64,000 nt of DNA from Armatimonadota bacterium (GTDB lineage: Bacteria; Armatimonadota; SYMT01). The translations under genes were made by a program, and so were the position numbers. Of the stretch, positions 37,983-48,300 are shown piece by piece (within the stretch, counting starts at the first letter, position 1; each line of letters starts with the position of its first letter). The stretch is from assembly GCA_041690135.1 (NCBI GenBank), contig JAWLHY010000019.1, forward strand, positions 1 through 64,000, written 5' to 3'. Below the pieces are notes generated by a model. That model ran no database searches, had not been told where the DNA came from, and saw only the letters and a list, made by a program, of their open reading frames with translations.

Positions 37983-40655
37983 TCACCGCGAGAACTCGGC
38001 CAGGAAGGCGTCGGTCAGTTCCGACTCGTCGCCTTCCAGTTTACCCCCCTCCATATCGGTGACATAGAAGGCGTCGCGAGCCCGGTCGCCCTGAGTGGTG
38101 ATGCGCGCGCTGTGGATATCCCACCCCAGGCGCGCCATCGCCCGCGTAATGCGGTACAGCAGTCCCGGCTGGTCGTTCGCCCGGATATCGATGACCGTGT
38201 GGCTCTCCGCGATCTCATTGTTAAAACGGACGCGACTGGGTGGAATCGCCGGAGGAAGCTGCTTGCGGTGCTGGATGATGATCTGCTCCACGTCCCCTCC
38301 TTTGAGCGCGGCTATCAGATCTTGCTCCAGCTCCAGGCGTTTGAATGTGGGTATGGCGCGGCCGTGGTAGTCGGCGAAGAGGGTGTCGAGCGCGATACCG
38401 GGGTCTCCCTCCCGGGTGAACACCTGTGCTGAATAGACTGCGACCTCATGGGCATAGAGCACTCCGGCGATCTCACTGAGCAGGCCCGGCTCCGGGCGCT
38501 CCTCGGTGCAGATGTGGACGGTGGTGACCTCGCTGCCGAATTCGTTATCGAAGTCGACCACCGGGCCGTTGGCCCGGTGCGCTTCGACCATGCGGATGTG
38601 CGTCGCGATCTGTTCGGGGCGTGTGTTCAGCAGGTACGAGACCGGCATCCCCTCTGTGTGTTCTCGGATCTGCTCTGGGGTCAGGTTGGCCGCGGCCAAC
38701 TGACGTGAGAGCCGGGTCTGGAACCGGCGCGCCCGGTCCGGTGTGAACTCCTGCTGCTGAGGCGCGGCGCCGCTGAGGACCGGCTCCGCGCGATAGTAGA
38801 GATCCTCCAGGAAGCGGATTTTCACCGGACTGATCACCCCGGTAGCCTCCATGTCCGCATAGGTCAACAGCAGGAGCATGTTGAGCAGGTCGACCGAGTC
38901 GATGATCTGGGTGAAGTCCTGGATGGTCTTGTCCAGGGTGACGTCCCGGAGCTGCGCCGTGTCGGACATCAGCAGGTGATGCCGGACCAGAGTTTCCACC
39001 CGCTGCGTCTGGACAGGGTCTAACCGGAGCCGCTGACAGATCGCCCGCGCCATCCGCGCTCCAGCCTCCGAGTGGTCTCCCGGGGGGGCCACTTTGCCGA
39101 CATCGTGGAGTAGGCAGGCCAGGAAGAGGAGCTCTGGGGCCTCTACTTCCGACCACACCCGGCGGAAGTCCGCCAGCCGTTCGTCCGGGGTGGTGCGGAG
39201 GCTTTCCAGACTGCGGACCGCCAGCAATGAGTGGAACCCGATGGTATGGCGGTGGATCTGGTCGAACGGCACGCGCTGGTAGGCGGTCCCCAATTCCGGG
39301 ATCAGCCGTTGTAGGACGCCCAACTCCGCCAGCAGCGCCAGCGTGTCGTAAACGCCAGGCCGTGAGGTCACGACGTGGTCTACATAACGAGGCGGCTCCG
39401 GGGACGCCGGCGCGCGCAGGAGCCCCATAAAGTCGTCCGCCGCCTCGGTGTCGGTGGAGAGGTCCGGGCAGTGATCCAAGTGCTCCGCAATCATCCGGCG
39501 CAGGTCGTGGCCGGGGACCAGGCCATGGGACTGATAATGCTGGCCCAGGGTGACCAGGAACTGCGGCGTGGCGACCTTGACCCATGGGAAGGCGGGATGG
39601 AGCTCGTTTCCGGAACTCACCAACTCATCAGACAGGCTAAGGCGCTCGGAGAAGCAGCGATCGATAACGAAACGGGTTACCGTCTCCACCCGCGCAGCGT
39701 GCTCATAGTACTTTTCCATGAACCGCTCCACGCGAGAGGCGTGAGCATCATCCACGAACCGGAGCGCTTCCGCCAGCAATTCCTGGCGCTCTCGCACCAG
39801 GACCTCCGCCTTGCGGCCGGTGTGCCAGTGCATCCAGTTGCGGATGGTCAGCAGGAACTCGCGCGCGGCGGTGACTTGCTGCACATTTCGGCGAGAGACG
39901 GCTCCCAGGCGCTGGAGTTGGGTCCACACGTCGCCGCGGGTGGTGGGAAAGCAGGCGGCGGCCAGCCACTCCGCAAGGTGGAGGTCGCGCAGGCCTCCGG
40001 GGCCCTCCCGGACCTCCGGTTCAATCCGGTAAATCGTGCCGCCATGTTTTTCCATCAGAGCCCGGCGTTCGGAGACCTTCTGGCGGGCAAAGGCCGCGGG
40101 CCAGATATGGCGGAACACTTCCTGGATGAACTGCTGCGTCAGCCCGTGGCTCCCGGCGATCACCCGGGTGTCGAGAAGCGAGGTTTCGGTCTGGTGGTCG
40201 AGGTGACCCGCGTCACCCAGCGTGCGATAGGCGTAGCCTACTTTCAGCCCGACCTGCTGGGTGAAGGTCTCCATCAGCAGAAGGAACATCCGCCGTACGG
40301 TGGCATCAAGGTCGGGGTCCTCTTCTTCCGCGACGACGAACGTGACATCGATGTCCGAATACGGACAGAGCTCCCGGCGCCCATACCCCCCCGTCGCGGC
40401 CACGGCGATCTTGGGGCGCGTCGCCTCGCGCACGACGGGATCTTCCGGAAGAGAAATGGCAAGCATCCGCTGGATCACCTGGTCGGTTGCCTCCGCCAAT
40501 GCCCGGCAAGCTCTCGTTCCCTGTGGACTGCGCTGGTTCGCCTCCCGCAGCCGCTGGCGTTCGTTAACCAGGAGGCGCCCCAGGCTTTCAGCATCCAGCG
40601 CGGCGGCAAGTTGGGAGCGGAAGGAAGCGGATTTCGGGGGCACGGGTTCGGGCAT
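37983..40655 (-). CDS. glnD: [Protein-PII] uridylyltransferase/uridylyl-removing enzyme
   Basis: GGYGRRELCPYSDID nucleotidyltransferase motif, GPGGLRD, HD domain LLHDVGK, two C-terminal ACT domains. Confidence 0.9.
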   Translation of the reverse strand: MPEPVPPKSASFRSQLAAALDAESLGRLLVNERQRLREANQRSPQGTRACRALAEATDQVIQRMLAISLPEDPVVREATRPKIAVAATGGYGRRELCPYSDIDVTFVVAEEEDPDLDATVRRMFLLLMETFTQQVGLKVGYAYRTLGDAGHLDHQTETSLLDTRVIAGSHGLTQQFIQEVFRHIWPAAFARQKVSERRALMEKHGGTIYRIEPEVREGPGGLRDLHLAEWLAAACFPTTRGDVWTQLQRLGAVSRRNVQQVTAAREFLLTIRNWMHWHTGRKAEVLVRERQELLAEALRFVDDAHASRVERFMEKYYEHAARVETVTRFVIDRCFSERLSLSDELVSSGNELHPAFPWVKVATPQFLVTLGQHYQSHGLVPGHDLRRMIAEHLDHCPDLSTDTEAADDFMGLLRAPASPEPPRYVDHVVTSRPGVYDTLALLAELGVLQRLIPELGTAYQRVPFDQIHRHTIGFHSLLAVRSLESLRTTPDERLADFRRVWSEVEAPELLFLACLLHDVGKVAPPGDHSEAGARMARAICQRLRLDPVQTQRVETLVRHHLLMSDTAQLRDVTLDKTIQDFTQIIDSVDLLNMLLLLTYADMEATGVISPVKIRFLEDLYYRAEPVLSGAAPQQQEFTPDRARRFQTRLSRQLAAANLTPEQIREHTEGMPVSYLLNTRPEQIATHIRMVEAHRANGPVVDFDNEFGSEVTTVHICTEERPEPGLLSEIAGVLYAHEVAVYSAQVFTREGDPGIALDTLFADYHGRAIPTFKRLELEQDLIAALKGGDVEQIIIQHRKQLPPAIPPSRVRFNNEIAESHTVIDIRANDQPGLLYRITRAMARLGWDIHSARITTQGDRARDAFYVTDMEGGKLEGDESELTDAFLAEFSR

Positions 40656-40769
40656 TCCAAGGATCTCCGGGGGCCGCGGTGGTATTGTGCGACCTCATTT
40701 TATCTTGTAGCGCCAGACCACGCTTGGAGTGAAGCGGTTCTGGGTAAGGAGGAGCGGAGGGATGAGACG

Positions 40770-40991
40770 ATGGGCATGATCCGCTGGATGAGTACCGAAG
40801 GCGATACGCAGGTGGCCTGGGATGAGACCGATACCGCTTCGATGGAACGAGCGGAAGAAATGATCGAGCGTGCTTTCCGGGAAGGCCGCGGAGTCTTCTC
40901 GCTTGACGAAGACGGAGTGGGCACCCGCCTGAAGCGGTTTGATCCCTCCGCGCGCCAGATTGTGGTGATTCCTCAGATCAAAGGCGGTTAA
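40770..40991 (+). CDS. 73-aa protein ending in Gly-Gly, putative divergent ubiquitin-like/beta-grasp protein
   Basis: GGAGG at 40756-40760, ATG at 40770; MGMIRWMSTEGDTQVAW...RQIVVIPQIKGG-stop; appears in the ORF track only as the tail of 39375..40991. Confidence 0.8.
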   Translation: MGMIRWMSTEGDTQVAWDETDTASMERAEEMIERAFREGRGVFSLDEDGVGTRLKRFDPSARQIVVIPQIKGG

Positions 40992-40997
40992 CCGGGG

Positions 40998-41600
40998 ATG
41001 GCGCAGGCTCTTACGTCACCTACCGCGCGCGCGGAGCAGCTCCTCCGGGAAGTGATGGGACCGGCGAGGTTCGAGGCGCTTCGCACGATCGGCTTTGTCG
41101 ACCTTCCGTCCCGGGTCCACCCGGGACGTACCTACCGCCTGGACAATCTGGGAAACCTCTCCTATCGAGACCCGGGAGACGCGGGCTTCGACGTCTCGCT
41201 CTGCGTCCAACCAGATGAGAGCATTCCCCGTGATGACCAGATCGCCATGCGGTACCTGCTGGTGACCGCGGACGAGGAGCGGTTGCTCACCACGGCCAAC
41301 CCGGTGACATTCGGCTTTATGTCGCTGAGCCGGGCTCTATACCACGACTTCTCGCAGCGCTACCCAGCCTGGGTGGCCGCCTTGCTGACGCCGTTGGTGA
41401 TTCTGTTCTTCCTGGGCGCTACTCTGGCGGAACTTGCCGTGCTCGTGGGCCTAACGGGACTGGGAGCCCTGGCCGCCGCCGTGGTGTTTATTCTGCTACT
41501 GGTGCCCGCGCTGGTGGGGGCGGTGCTCGTCGCCGCGGCCTTTAGCGACCTTTCGCGGGGCTATCGGGTATTCCGGGCGCGGCGCCTGCTGAAGGCGTAG
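40998..41600 (+). CDS. Uncharacterised protein with a soluble N-terminal domain (single Cys in SLCVQP) and C-terminal TM helices
   Basis: Starts 6 nt after the GG-protein stop; about 120-aa soluble part, then a long hydrophobic segment. Confidence 0.8.
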   Translation: MAQALTSPTARAEQLLREVMGPARFEALRTIGFVDLPSRVHPGRTYRLDNLGNLSYRDPGDAGFDVSLCVQPDESIPRDDQIAMRYLLVTADEERLLTTANPVTFGFMSLSRALYHDFSQRYPAWVAALLTPLVILFFLGATLAELAVLVGLTGLGALAAAVVFILLLVPALVGAVLVAAAFSDLSRGYRVFRARRLLKA

Positions 41601-41850
41601 GGTTGGAGGCGTAGCGTGGGTCCTCGGAGGTCTTCCACTGCCGGGCGAGACTCTCGCCCCACTGGACCCTTGCTCCCCCGCTTCCAGGTGCGTTAACACA
41701 CTGGTGATTGCCGTGACCGAGGCGACCTTACCCAACCGGACCCATGGGGGTTAGCTTTGCGATCAGGTTGGTTGACGTCCTTCACAGCCCCTTCCCCGGC
41801 TTTGCCAGCCACACTCTGACCGTCCGAACGTTTACCCCCACATGGGGGCC

Positions 41851-41906
41851 CGAAACAAAGAACGGCCCGGTCCCCACGTTTGGGGACCGGGCCGTTCTTT
41901 GTTTCG
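41851..41906. terminator. Perfect 26-bp inverted repeat, bidirectional terminator
   Basis: CGAAACAAAGAACGGCCCGGTCCCCA-CGTT-TGGGGACCGGGCCGTTCTTTGTTTCG, between convergent genes. Confidence 0.9.
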
Positions 41907-41922
41907 TCTCCGGATCTATTGG

Positions 41923-43872
41923 TTAGGCCGGCTCGGGCCGGGGCCGGAGCTGCGGGGCCTGGGGCGTCCGCTTCTCGACCGGGTCCACCGGGTTCGCCGG
42001 AGCAGCCGGAGGGGCCGGCTTCGGCGGAGGCTCGGGAAGCTCCTCGCCGCGCATCAATGCCAGGAACTCTTCGCGGCCGATCGTCTCGCGCACCAGAAGC
42101 ACGTCCACGATGCGGTCCATCAGTTCCCGGTTCTCTTCCAGGATCTTCCGCGCTCGCTCGTAGCTGGACTCCATGATGGAGCGGACTTCCTCGTCGATGG
42201 CCTTCGCCACGTCCTCGGAGTAGTTCCGGTCTTCCATCAGGTCGCGACCCAGGAACGGATTACCGTGGCGCTGGCCCAGCTTCAACGGTCCCAGTCGCTC
42301 GCTCATCCCATACTCGGTAACCATGTTCCGAGCCAGGTCCGTGGCGCGATCCAGGTCGTTGCTGGCGCCCGTGGTGATCTCGTGGAATACCATGTCTTCC
42401 GCCACGCGCCCGCCCAGGAGGCCGGTGATCTCGTCGAGAATCTCGCTCTTGCTCACGAGGTACCGGTCTTCCGGCGGCAGGCTCCAGGTGATACCCAGGG
42501 CCATCCCGCGCGGCAGGATCGTGACCTTATGCACCTCGTTGGGGTGCGGAAGCACTTCCTGCACGATGGCGTGACCCACCTCGTGGTAGGCGATGATGTT
42601 CTTCACCTTGTCGTTGATGACGCGCGACTTTCGCTCGGGGCCCGCCACCACCCGGTCGATGGCCGCTTCGAAATCTTCCATGAAGATCTGCTGCTTGTTC
42701 TCGCGCGCAGCCTTCAGGGCGGCTTCGTTGACCATATTCGCCAGGTCGGCGCCGGTGAAGCCCGGCGTGCGGCGCGCCAACACGTCCAGATCCACCTCTT
42801 CCGCGATCGGCTTGCCCTTGGAATGTACGTCCAGGATCTTGCGCCGGCCGGTCACGTCCGGGTTGTCCACGATCACGCGCCGGTCGAAACGGCCGGGGCG
42901 CAAGAGTGCCGGGTCGAGAACGTCCGGGCGGTTCGTCGCCGCAATCAGGATCACGCCGGAGTTCGGATCGAAGCCGTCCATCTCCACCAGGAGTTGGTTC
43001 AGCGTCTGCTCGCGCTCGTCGTGACCACCACCGAGACCGGCACCGCGCTGGCGGCCCACGGCATCGATTTCGTCGATGAATACCAGGCTGGGCTTATTCG
43101 CCTTCGCCGTATCGAACAGATCGCGAACGCGGGATGCACCCACACCCACGAACATTTCCACGAAGTCGGAGCCGCTGATGTGGAAGAACGGCACTCCGGC
43201 CTCGCCGGCTACAGCGCGCGACAGCAGCGTTTTGCCGCATCCGGGAGGTCCCAACAGCAGTACGCCGCGCGGGATCTTCGCGCCCAGTGCCTGGAACTTC
43301 TTGGGGTTCTTCAGGAACTCCACAACTTCCTGGAGCTCGTGCTTGGCCTCTTCCACGCCCGCCACGTCTTCGAAGGTGACCTTCGGCACGTTGTCGGTGA
43401 GCCGCTTGGCCCGGCTGCGCCCAAAGTTGAGCGCCTGGTTACCGGTGCTTTGCGCCTGCCGCCAGAAGAGAACCCACAGGACCACGATGGCTCCCAGAGG
43501 AATCAATACGGAGACGAACACATTCTGAAGCGTGTCGGAAATGACCGGGTTCGGGTAATCAAAAACGAGGCCCGGCTGCTCCCGCATCCGCTCGCGCAGG
43601 ATCGCCGCAAGCTGGCCCTGGGCATCGCTGCTGCTGGGCAACTCCACGACGTACTCCGCCTGCTCGCCGGCGGGTGGCACCTGGGTGCCGTGGGCGCGAA
43701 TGTGTTCAATGGTGACACTCGTAATGGTGCCGCGCTCCAGCCTGCTCAGGAATTCCGAGTACTTCAGGGGAGTCCGGCGCTGGGTAAATCCGCTCATCGG
43801 GCTGCGAACAACAAAAAGCCCGACGACGACCAGCACCATAACCCAGAGCAGGTTGCGCATCAGTCTATTCAA
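41923..43872 (-). CDS. ftsH: ATP-dependent zinc metalloprotease FtsH
   Basis: Two TM helices, [42 protein letters not shown]. Confidence 0.97.
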   Translation of the reverse strand: MNRLMRNLLWVMVLVVVGLFVVRSPMSGFTQRRTPLKYSEFLSRLERGTITSVTIEHIRAHGTQVPPAGEQAEYVVELPSSSDAQGQLAAILRERMREQPGLVFDYPNPVISDTLQNVFVSVLIPLGAIVVLWVLFWRQAQSTGNQALNFGRSRAKRLTDNVPKVTFEDVAGVEEAKHELQEVVEFLKNPKKFQALGAKIPRGVLLLGPPGCGKTLLSRAVAGEAGVPFFHISGSDFVEMFVGVGASRVRDLFDTAKANKPSLVFIDEIDAVGRQRGAGLGGGHDEREQTLNQLLVEMDGFDPNSGVILIAATNRPDVLDPALLRPGRFDRRVIVDNPDVTGRRKILDVHSKGKPIAEEVDLDVLARRTPGFTGADLANMVNEAALKAARENKQQIFMEDFEAAIDRVVAGPERKSRVINDKVKNIIAYHEVGHAIVQEVLPHPNEVHKVTILPRGMALGITWSLPPEDRYLVSKSEILDEITGLLGGRVAEDMVFHEITTGASNDLDRATDLARNMVTEYGMSERLGPLKLGQRHGNPFLGRDLMEDRNYSEDVAKAIDEEVRSIMESSYERARKILEENRELMDRIVDVLLVRETIGREEFLALMRGEELPEPPPKPAPPAAPANPVDPVEKRTPQAPQLRPRPEPA

Positions 43873-43933
43873 AGCAAATCCTCCAACGGGGCCGATATGT
43901 CCATTGAGAATCTATAACAGGAGACGTTGAGGG

Positions 43934-43942
43934 ATTATACCA
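43934..43942 (-). promoter_or_regulatory. Extended -10 element for ftsH
   Basis: TGGTATAAT on the minus strand about 60 nt upstream of the start. Confidence 0.55.
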
Positions 43943-44110
43943 CGAGAGTACTACCCAGACAACGCACGCCAGGGGGCTCTTCCGTGCCTGGATCATCCCC
44001 TCTTCCTAGCTCTCCTGCCGCTCGATTCCCCTCGGTCGCGATGATAGAGTATCCTCAGCTTACCGGTCGTTCCCGCCCGTGTCCGCTGTGCGATACCAGG
44101 AAAACGTCCT

Positions 44111-45115
44111 ATGTCAGACGCCCAAGCTCACCCAACTTCTCTGCCGATCCCCAACCGCCGTCCGCGTCGACTGCGCCGCACCGCAACGCTTCGCCGCCTG
44201 GTGCGGGAGACGTATCTCTCGACCAATGACCTGGTGTACCCCCTGTTCGTGACTCACGAAACGGAGACCAAGCGAGAGATCGGCGCGATGCCGGGCAACT
44301 ACCACTGGTCTATCGACCGGGTCGCTGCGGAGTGCGAAGAGATCGCTTCCCTCGGTATTCCCGCGGTGCTTCTCTTCGGCATCCCTGATGAGAAGGATCC
44401 GCACGGCAGCGGGGCGTTCCACCCCCAGGGTGTCGTGCAGGAAGCAGTCCGGCGGATCAAACAGGCCGTACCCGACCTGCTGGTGATCACCGACGTCTGT
44501 CTTTGTGAGTATACGGACCACGGGCACTGCGGCGTTATCCGAGACGGCGATGTTTTGAATGATCCGACTCTCCAACTTCTCGCGGACACGGCGGTGTCCC
44601 ACGCCGAGGCGGGCGCGGACATCATCGCCCCCAGCGACATGATGGACGGACGCATCGCCGCCTTGAGGGCCGGGTTGGATGCCGCGGGGTTCGAATCCAC
44701 CCCTATCCTCTCTTATGCGGCCAAGTACGCCTCCGCGTTTTACGGTCCGTTCCGCGAGGCCGCCGGCTCCACGCCCCAGTTCGGTGACCGGCGCAGCTAC
44801 CAGATGGACCCCGCCAACCGCCGTGAGGCGATCAAAGAGGTCCTGCAGGACCTGGATGAGGGAGCGGACATGGTAATGGTGAAGCCGGCCCTCTCCTATC
44901 TGGACATCATCCGGGAGATCAAAGATCTCACCGACGTTCCCGTGGCGGCCTATAACGTAAGCGGCGAGTACTCAATGGTGAAGGCTGCCGCCGAGCGGGG
45001 TTGGGTGGACGGCGAGCGGGTGATGATGGAGATTCTCACCAGCATCAAGCGAGCGGGCGCCGACATCCTGATCACGTACCATGCTAAGGAAGCCGCGCGG
45101 TTGCTGAACGGTTAG
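44111..45115 (+). CDS. hemB: Porphobilinogen synthase (zinc-binding type)
   Basis: [34 protein letters not shown] and MVKPA. Confidence 0.97.
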   Translation: MSDAQAHPTSLPIPNRRPRRLRRTATLRRLVRETYLSTNDLVYPLFVTHETETKREIGAMPGNYHWSIDRVAAECEEIASLGIPAVLLFGIPDEKDPHGSGAFHPQGVVQEAVRRIKQAVPDLLVITDVCLCEYTDHGHCGVIRDGDVLNDPTLQLLADTAVSHAEAGADIIAPSDMMDGRIAALRAGLDAAGFESTPILSYAAKYASAFYGPFREAAGSTPQFGDRRSYQMDPANRREAIKEVLQDLDEGADMVMVKPALSYLDIIREIKDLTDVPVAAYNVSGEYSMVKAAAERGWVDGERVMMEILTSIKRAGADILITYHAKEAARLLNG

Positions 45116-45126
45116 GGAGAACATTC

Positions 45127-45915
45127 ATGAATCATGTATGGTGGCGAACCCACTTGCGGAAGTTGCCGGAGTTGGGCTTCCTGGCGCGGTTTGGGAACTA
45201 CGTGGAGGTGGACCGGGCGATGCCGTTCCTGGCAGAGGCGCTGGACCTTCCAAGCGGAGCTCGCGTTCTAGAATTGGGCTGCGGGCGTGGCTCGTTCAGC
45301 ATCCGGCTGGCGCAGTGGGGTTACCAGGTAACCGGGATCGACGAATCCGAGCCGATGCTCGCCGTGGCTCGCGAGGAGGCCCGGCACCGGGAGGTGGAAG
45401 TGGAATTTCGCCAGGGCGATCTGCGCGAGCTCCCGGAGCGGAGCGTTTTCGACGGAGCGCTGCTCCTCGGCTTCGGCACCCTGAGCGACCCCGATAACGC
45501 AGCGATGATGCGGGCTGTGGCGGCCGCTTTGAAGCCGGGTGGGAAACTCGTGTTCGGCACCTGCAATCCTTACGCCTGGGCGCGCGAGCCGATCACGGAG
45601 CACCGCGCGCAGGAAGGGGTGGACATCATCCATCGTTATCGCTTTGACTTCGGGACAGGCTGCCTCAGCAGTCGGGTCCGCTGCATCCTCGCGAACGGCG
45701 AGCGGCGGAACCTTCCGGAGGCCAGCTTCCGCGCTTATACCCTGCCGGAACTCAAAGCGTTGACCGCCGCCACCGGCCTGGCGGACCTGCGGGTGTACGG
45801 TCAGGATGAGACCGGCGCGCCGCGTACGGACCGCGCGGCGGATCCGCTGCGGTCGCCCTCGTTCCATTGCGTGGCTATTCGGCCGGTGATCGGGGAGTCC
45901 GGGGAAGGCATCTAA
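45127..45915 (+). CDS. Class I SAM-dependent methyltransferase
   Basis: VLELGCGRG, VTGID, GDLR and LKPGG motifs. Confidence 0.88.
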   Translation: MNHVWWRTHLRKLPELGFLARFGNYVEVDRAMPFLAEALDLPSGARVLELGCGRGSFSIRLAQWGYQVTGIDESEPMLAVAREEARHREVEVEFRQGDLRELPERSVFDGALLLGFGTLSDPDNAAMMRAVAAALKPGGKLVFGTCNPYAWAREPITEHRAQEGVDIIHRYRFDFGTGCLSSRVRCILANGERRNLPEASFRAYTLPELKALTAATGLADLRVYGQDETGAPRTDRAADPLRSPSFHCVAIRPVIGESGEGI

Positions 45916-45928
45916 CTTCCCTACGGCC

Positions 45929-45964
45929 GATTAGGATAGGGATTACGATTAGGATAAGGATAGG
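45929..45964 (+). repeat. 6 x degenerate hexamer repeat
   Basis: GATTAG GATAGG GATTAC GATTAG GATAAG GATAGG. Confidence 0.75.
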
Positions 45965-46269
45965 CGCCGCGCTTGGACGGACGAACCAGGTCTCGTTCAA
46001 GCGCGGCCGCCCATTCGACTCGGGTTGATACCCAGACTACCCGAACCCGTTCTGGTCTCCTGAGGTAGCAGAAGGCCTCGTGCCCGTCGGTCACGGCACG
46101 CGCTAAATGTTGGGAGAACCAACTCCCGATGACGGAAAGTCCGTCTTGGTCACGGACCAAGCCTCCCGTGCACCGTTACTCCACCTGTTCGCGGAGTTCC
46201 CGTCCTGTTCGCGGCGAACCAGGGGAGCAGCGACAAATCCCTTGGAGTTAGTCGTACAGAGGAGCAACG

Positions 46270-46470
46270 ATGGAGAGCGAATGGATTCCACGGGAGGTTC
46301 TACTCCTTTCCGCCATGGTGTTGCTGGCATTCACGATGGTACCGCTCGTTTTTCACCGGCTTCGGTCTCACCTGGCGTTGCCGTTGCGGGGGAAATGGCT
46401 CACCCGCGCCCTCTGGCCTCTCGCCCTTGGTCTCCTTTTATTCGTTTTGGAGCTGCTCGCCCGCAGATAG
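46270..46470 (+). CDS. Small hypothetical membrane protein (two TM helices)
   Basis: RBS GAGGAG; two hydrophobic segments in 66 aa. Confidence 0.5.
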   Translation: MESEWIPREVLLLSAMVLLAFTMVPLVFHRLRSHLALPLRGKWLTRALWPLALGLLLFVLELLARR

Positions 46471-46577
46471 CTCGCAGGCCCCTGCCTGACTGGTCAAGAT
46501 TTGTGTCTCCGCCTCCCATGGCTGACCCTATCTGCAGAGGAAGCGGAAAGGACACGGAACCTGGCTGCCCCCTAGGA

Positions 46578-48077
46578 TCAGGGGCGGAGTACCGTCTCCG
46601 CAACGGATTTGCCGCCTAGCTCCAGCACCAGGCGGATGTCGCTGCCCTCAGGCACGGCGAATCCCGTGAAGAAACCTCCCTCTTGAGGAACGCGAAGGTC
46701 CGATCCGTTCCGGATTTCGGTGGCGCCAAGGAAGAGCCGCAGGCGGGGCATGGGCGGTGTCGCGCCGCGTGCCCCAAGGGACACATTGACCCATCTTCCC
46801 ACTCGATGGAGCGCCACTTCCACATTCCCGTTGGGCGATGGCGCCAACCAGGTGCGGGGATAGGAGTACGTTTCGGGCTGAGCCAGGACAGAGGTTCCGT
46901 CCGGACGGACGTAGGTGTTGCGCACCGGGTCCCAGCGGGCTTTAATTGCTCCAAAACGGTGCAAATGTGAGCGCCACTGCGGTTCCTGGTTTTCGTAACT
47001 ACCTGTGAGGCGCTGGCCCCACTCGTCTTCCGCCACCGGGTATACGGGAGCCACCAAACGTAGAGCCTGATCACGGGCGATGGACCTACCCCATGCCTCT
47101 TCCGAGCCCCAGTCCGGCCACTCCGGTGAGGCGACCATGCTTTCGATCACCTCGAGGGGGTTGTCCGGCGGTCGTAAGGGCTGACTACGTACCCTCCCCC
47201 ACCGGCGGTAGGGCTCGAGGTGCCACTCCAACATCTCGGCCACACCGGCTAGCGAATAGCCATTGATGCCACTGAAGGGGATATCCCGGTGGAGCACCAC
47301 GGGAAACCGGGGTGAGAAGCGGAGGTGCTTTGGAGCGTCGGGATGAGGAAGTCCCACTACCATGGGTGGAAGATGTCCCGGGGAACGAGGTATCTCGAAC
47401 AGGCAGCGAACGACGACGAACAGGCCATCCCGACCGCCTCCAAAGGCGGGTTGGTCCGCAACGCGCAGGTATTCGTCGATCACCGCCAGGCCACCTGACT
47501 TGCCGAGGGGTTGCAGCCCATTAACCACCTGAATCACCCGAAGCGGATCGTTACGGTGGTCGTAGCCTTTGAGGCGGTCAATCAGGCGCAGGATCCGCCG
47601 CGTTTCCCGCTCCGGCGGCAGGTCCTTGCCCGGTAGCCGTTCGCCGTGCCCTAGTACCTCCACCACCTTTCCGAAGCTGTCGAAAGTGACGCGACCCAGT
47701 GTGGGAAAGGTCAAGTGACCTTCGCCGCCGTACGCCCAGGTTTCCACCCCGGACGGGTATACGAATCCCAATCGGGAGGCCCTGACTTCGTCACCGGCCC
47801 AGACGTCATCCGGTTCCCCCGGCAGTTTCCGGACTCTCTCCCGCGCCATCCCCTCCTGCACCCGAGCCAGCCGGCGCGCAAACGCGGCGCGGTCTCGCAG
47901 CGAGGGTTCGGTCGGTGCCAAGGCCGGCGCCGTGGGTGTTGCCAGTGCTTGCGGTAACCTGGGTGCCTCCGGCTTTACAGCCGCATAGAGGCCGCCAACG
48001 GCGGCAAGAACACCGACAACGAGCCCCAGAACCGGAGCGGTCCTCTTTCTCGGAATCACAACCTCTCCCCTGCCCAT
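46578..48077 (-). CDS. Hypothetical membrane-anchored or exported protein with a BamE/SmpA-like N-terminal motif
   Basis: N-terminal TM helix; RVQEGM..ERVRKLPGEPD...ETWAY pattern; start uncertain. Confidence 0.6.
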   Translation of the reverse strand: MGRGEVVIPRKRTAPVLGLVVGVLAAVGGLYAAVKPEAPRLPQALATPTAPALAPTEPSLRDRAAFARRLARVQEGMARERVRKLPGEPDDVWAGDEVRASRLGFVYPSGVETWAYGGEGHLTFPTLGRVTFDSFGKVVEVLGHGERLPGKDLPPERETRRILRLIDRLKGYDHRNDPLRVIQVVNGLQPLGKSGGLAVIDEYLRVADQPAFGGGRDGLFVVVRCLFEIPRSPGHLPPMVVGLPHPDAPKHLRFSPRFPVVLHRDIPFSGINGYSLAGVAEMLEWHLEPYRRWGRVRSQPLRPPDNPLEVIESMVASPEWPDWGSEEAWGRSIARDQALRLVAPVYPVAEDEWGQRLTGSYENQEPQWRSHLHRFGAIKARWDPVRNTYVRPDGTSVLAQPETYSYPRTWLAPSPNGNVEVALHRVGRWVNVSLGARGATPPMPRLRLFLGATEIRNGSDLRVPQEGGFFTGFAVPEGSDIRLVLELGGKSVAETVLRP

Positions 48078-48237
48078 TTACAGATGGACTGAAGTGCGTG
48101 TGCTCTTTCGGCCCAGAGTGGGCTCGCAAAGCTTCCGCCGCAGGTTGGCTGCAGACCAGAGGGTGCCCGCGAAATGAGTATGGGTGGAGATTCTGGTCAG
48201 TCAGCCCCGGATGTGAATCCGGGGAGGGCGGTCACAC

Positions 48238-48279
48238 GCCCCGGGCGAGTGGGTCGGAACCGACCCACTCGCCCGGGGC
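48238..48279. terminator. Perfect 20-bp GC-rich hairpin downstream of acyl-CoA dehydrogenase, no U-tract
   Basis: GCCCCGGGCGAGTGGGTCGG-AA-CCGACCCACTCGCCCGGGGC. Confidence 0.65.
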
Positions 48280-48300
48280 AACGTCCTCTACTACAAGCGC

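Noticed and set aside
39375-40769. 538-aa plus-strand ORF 39375..40991
   Set aside because: Mostly the antisense shadow of glnD; only the last 73 codons have their own RBS and a protein-like sequence, and these are reported separately.
40770-40991. Calling the GG protein ThiS, MoaD, Pup or UBact
   Set aside because: It lacks recognisable ThiS/MoaD sequence and biosynthetic context, has no terminal GGE/GGQ, and no PafA/Dop genes are in the window.
41690-41800. Possible c-di-GMP-I riboswitch (GGCAAA...CGCAAAGC on the minus strand)
   Set aside because: Spacing and the GAAA tetraloop/receptor do not fit, and no gene lies downstream in that orientation.
41842-43917. 691-aa ORF antisense to ftsH
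   Set aside because: Shadow ORF expected from high-GC codon bias; no motifs.
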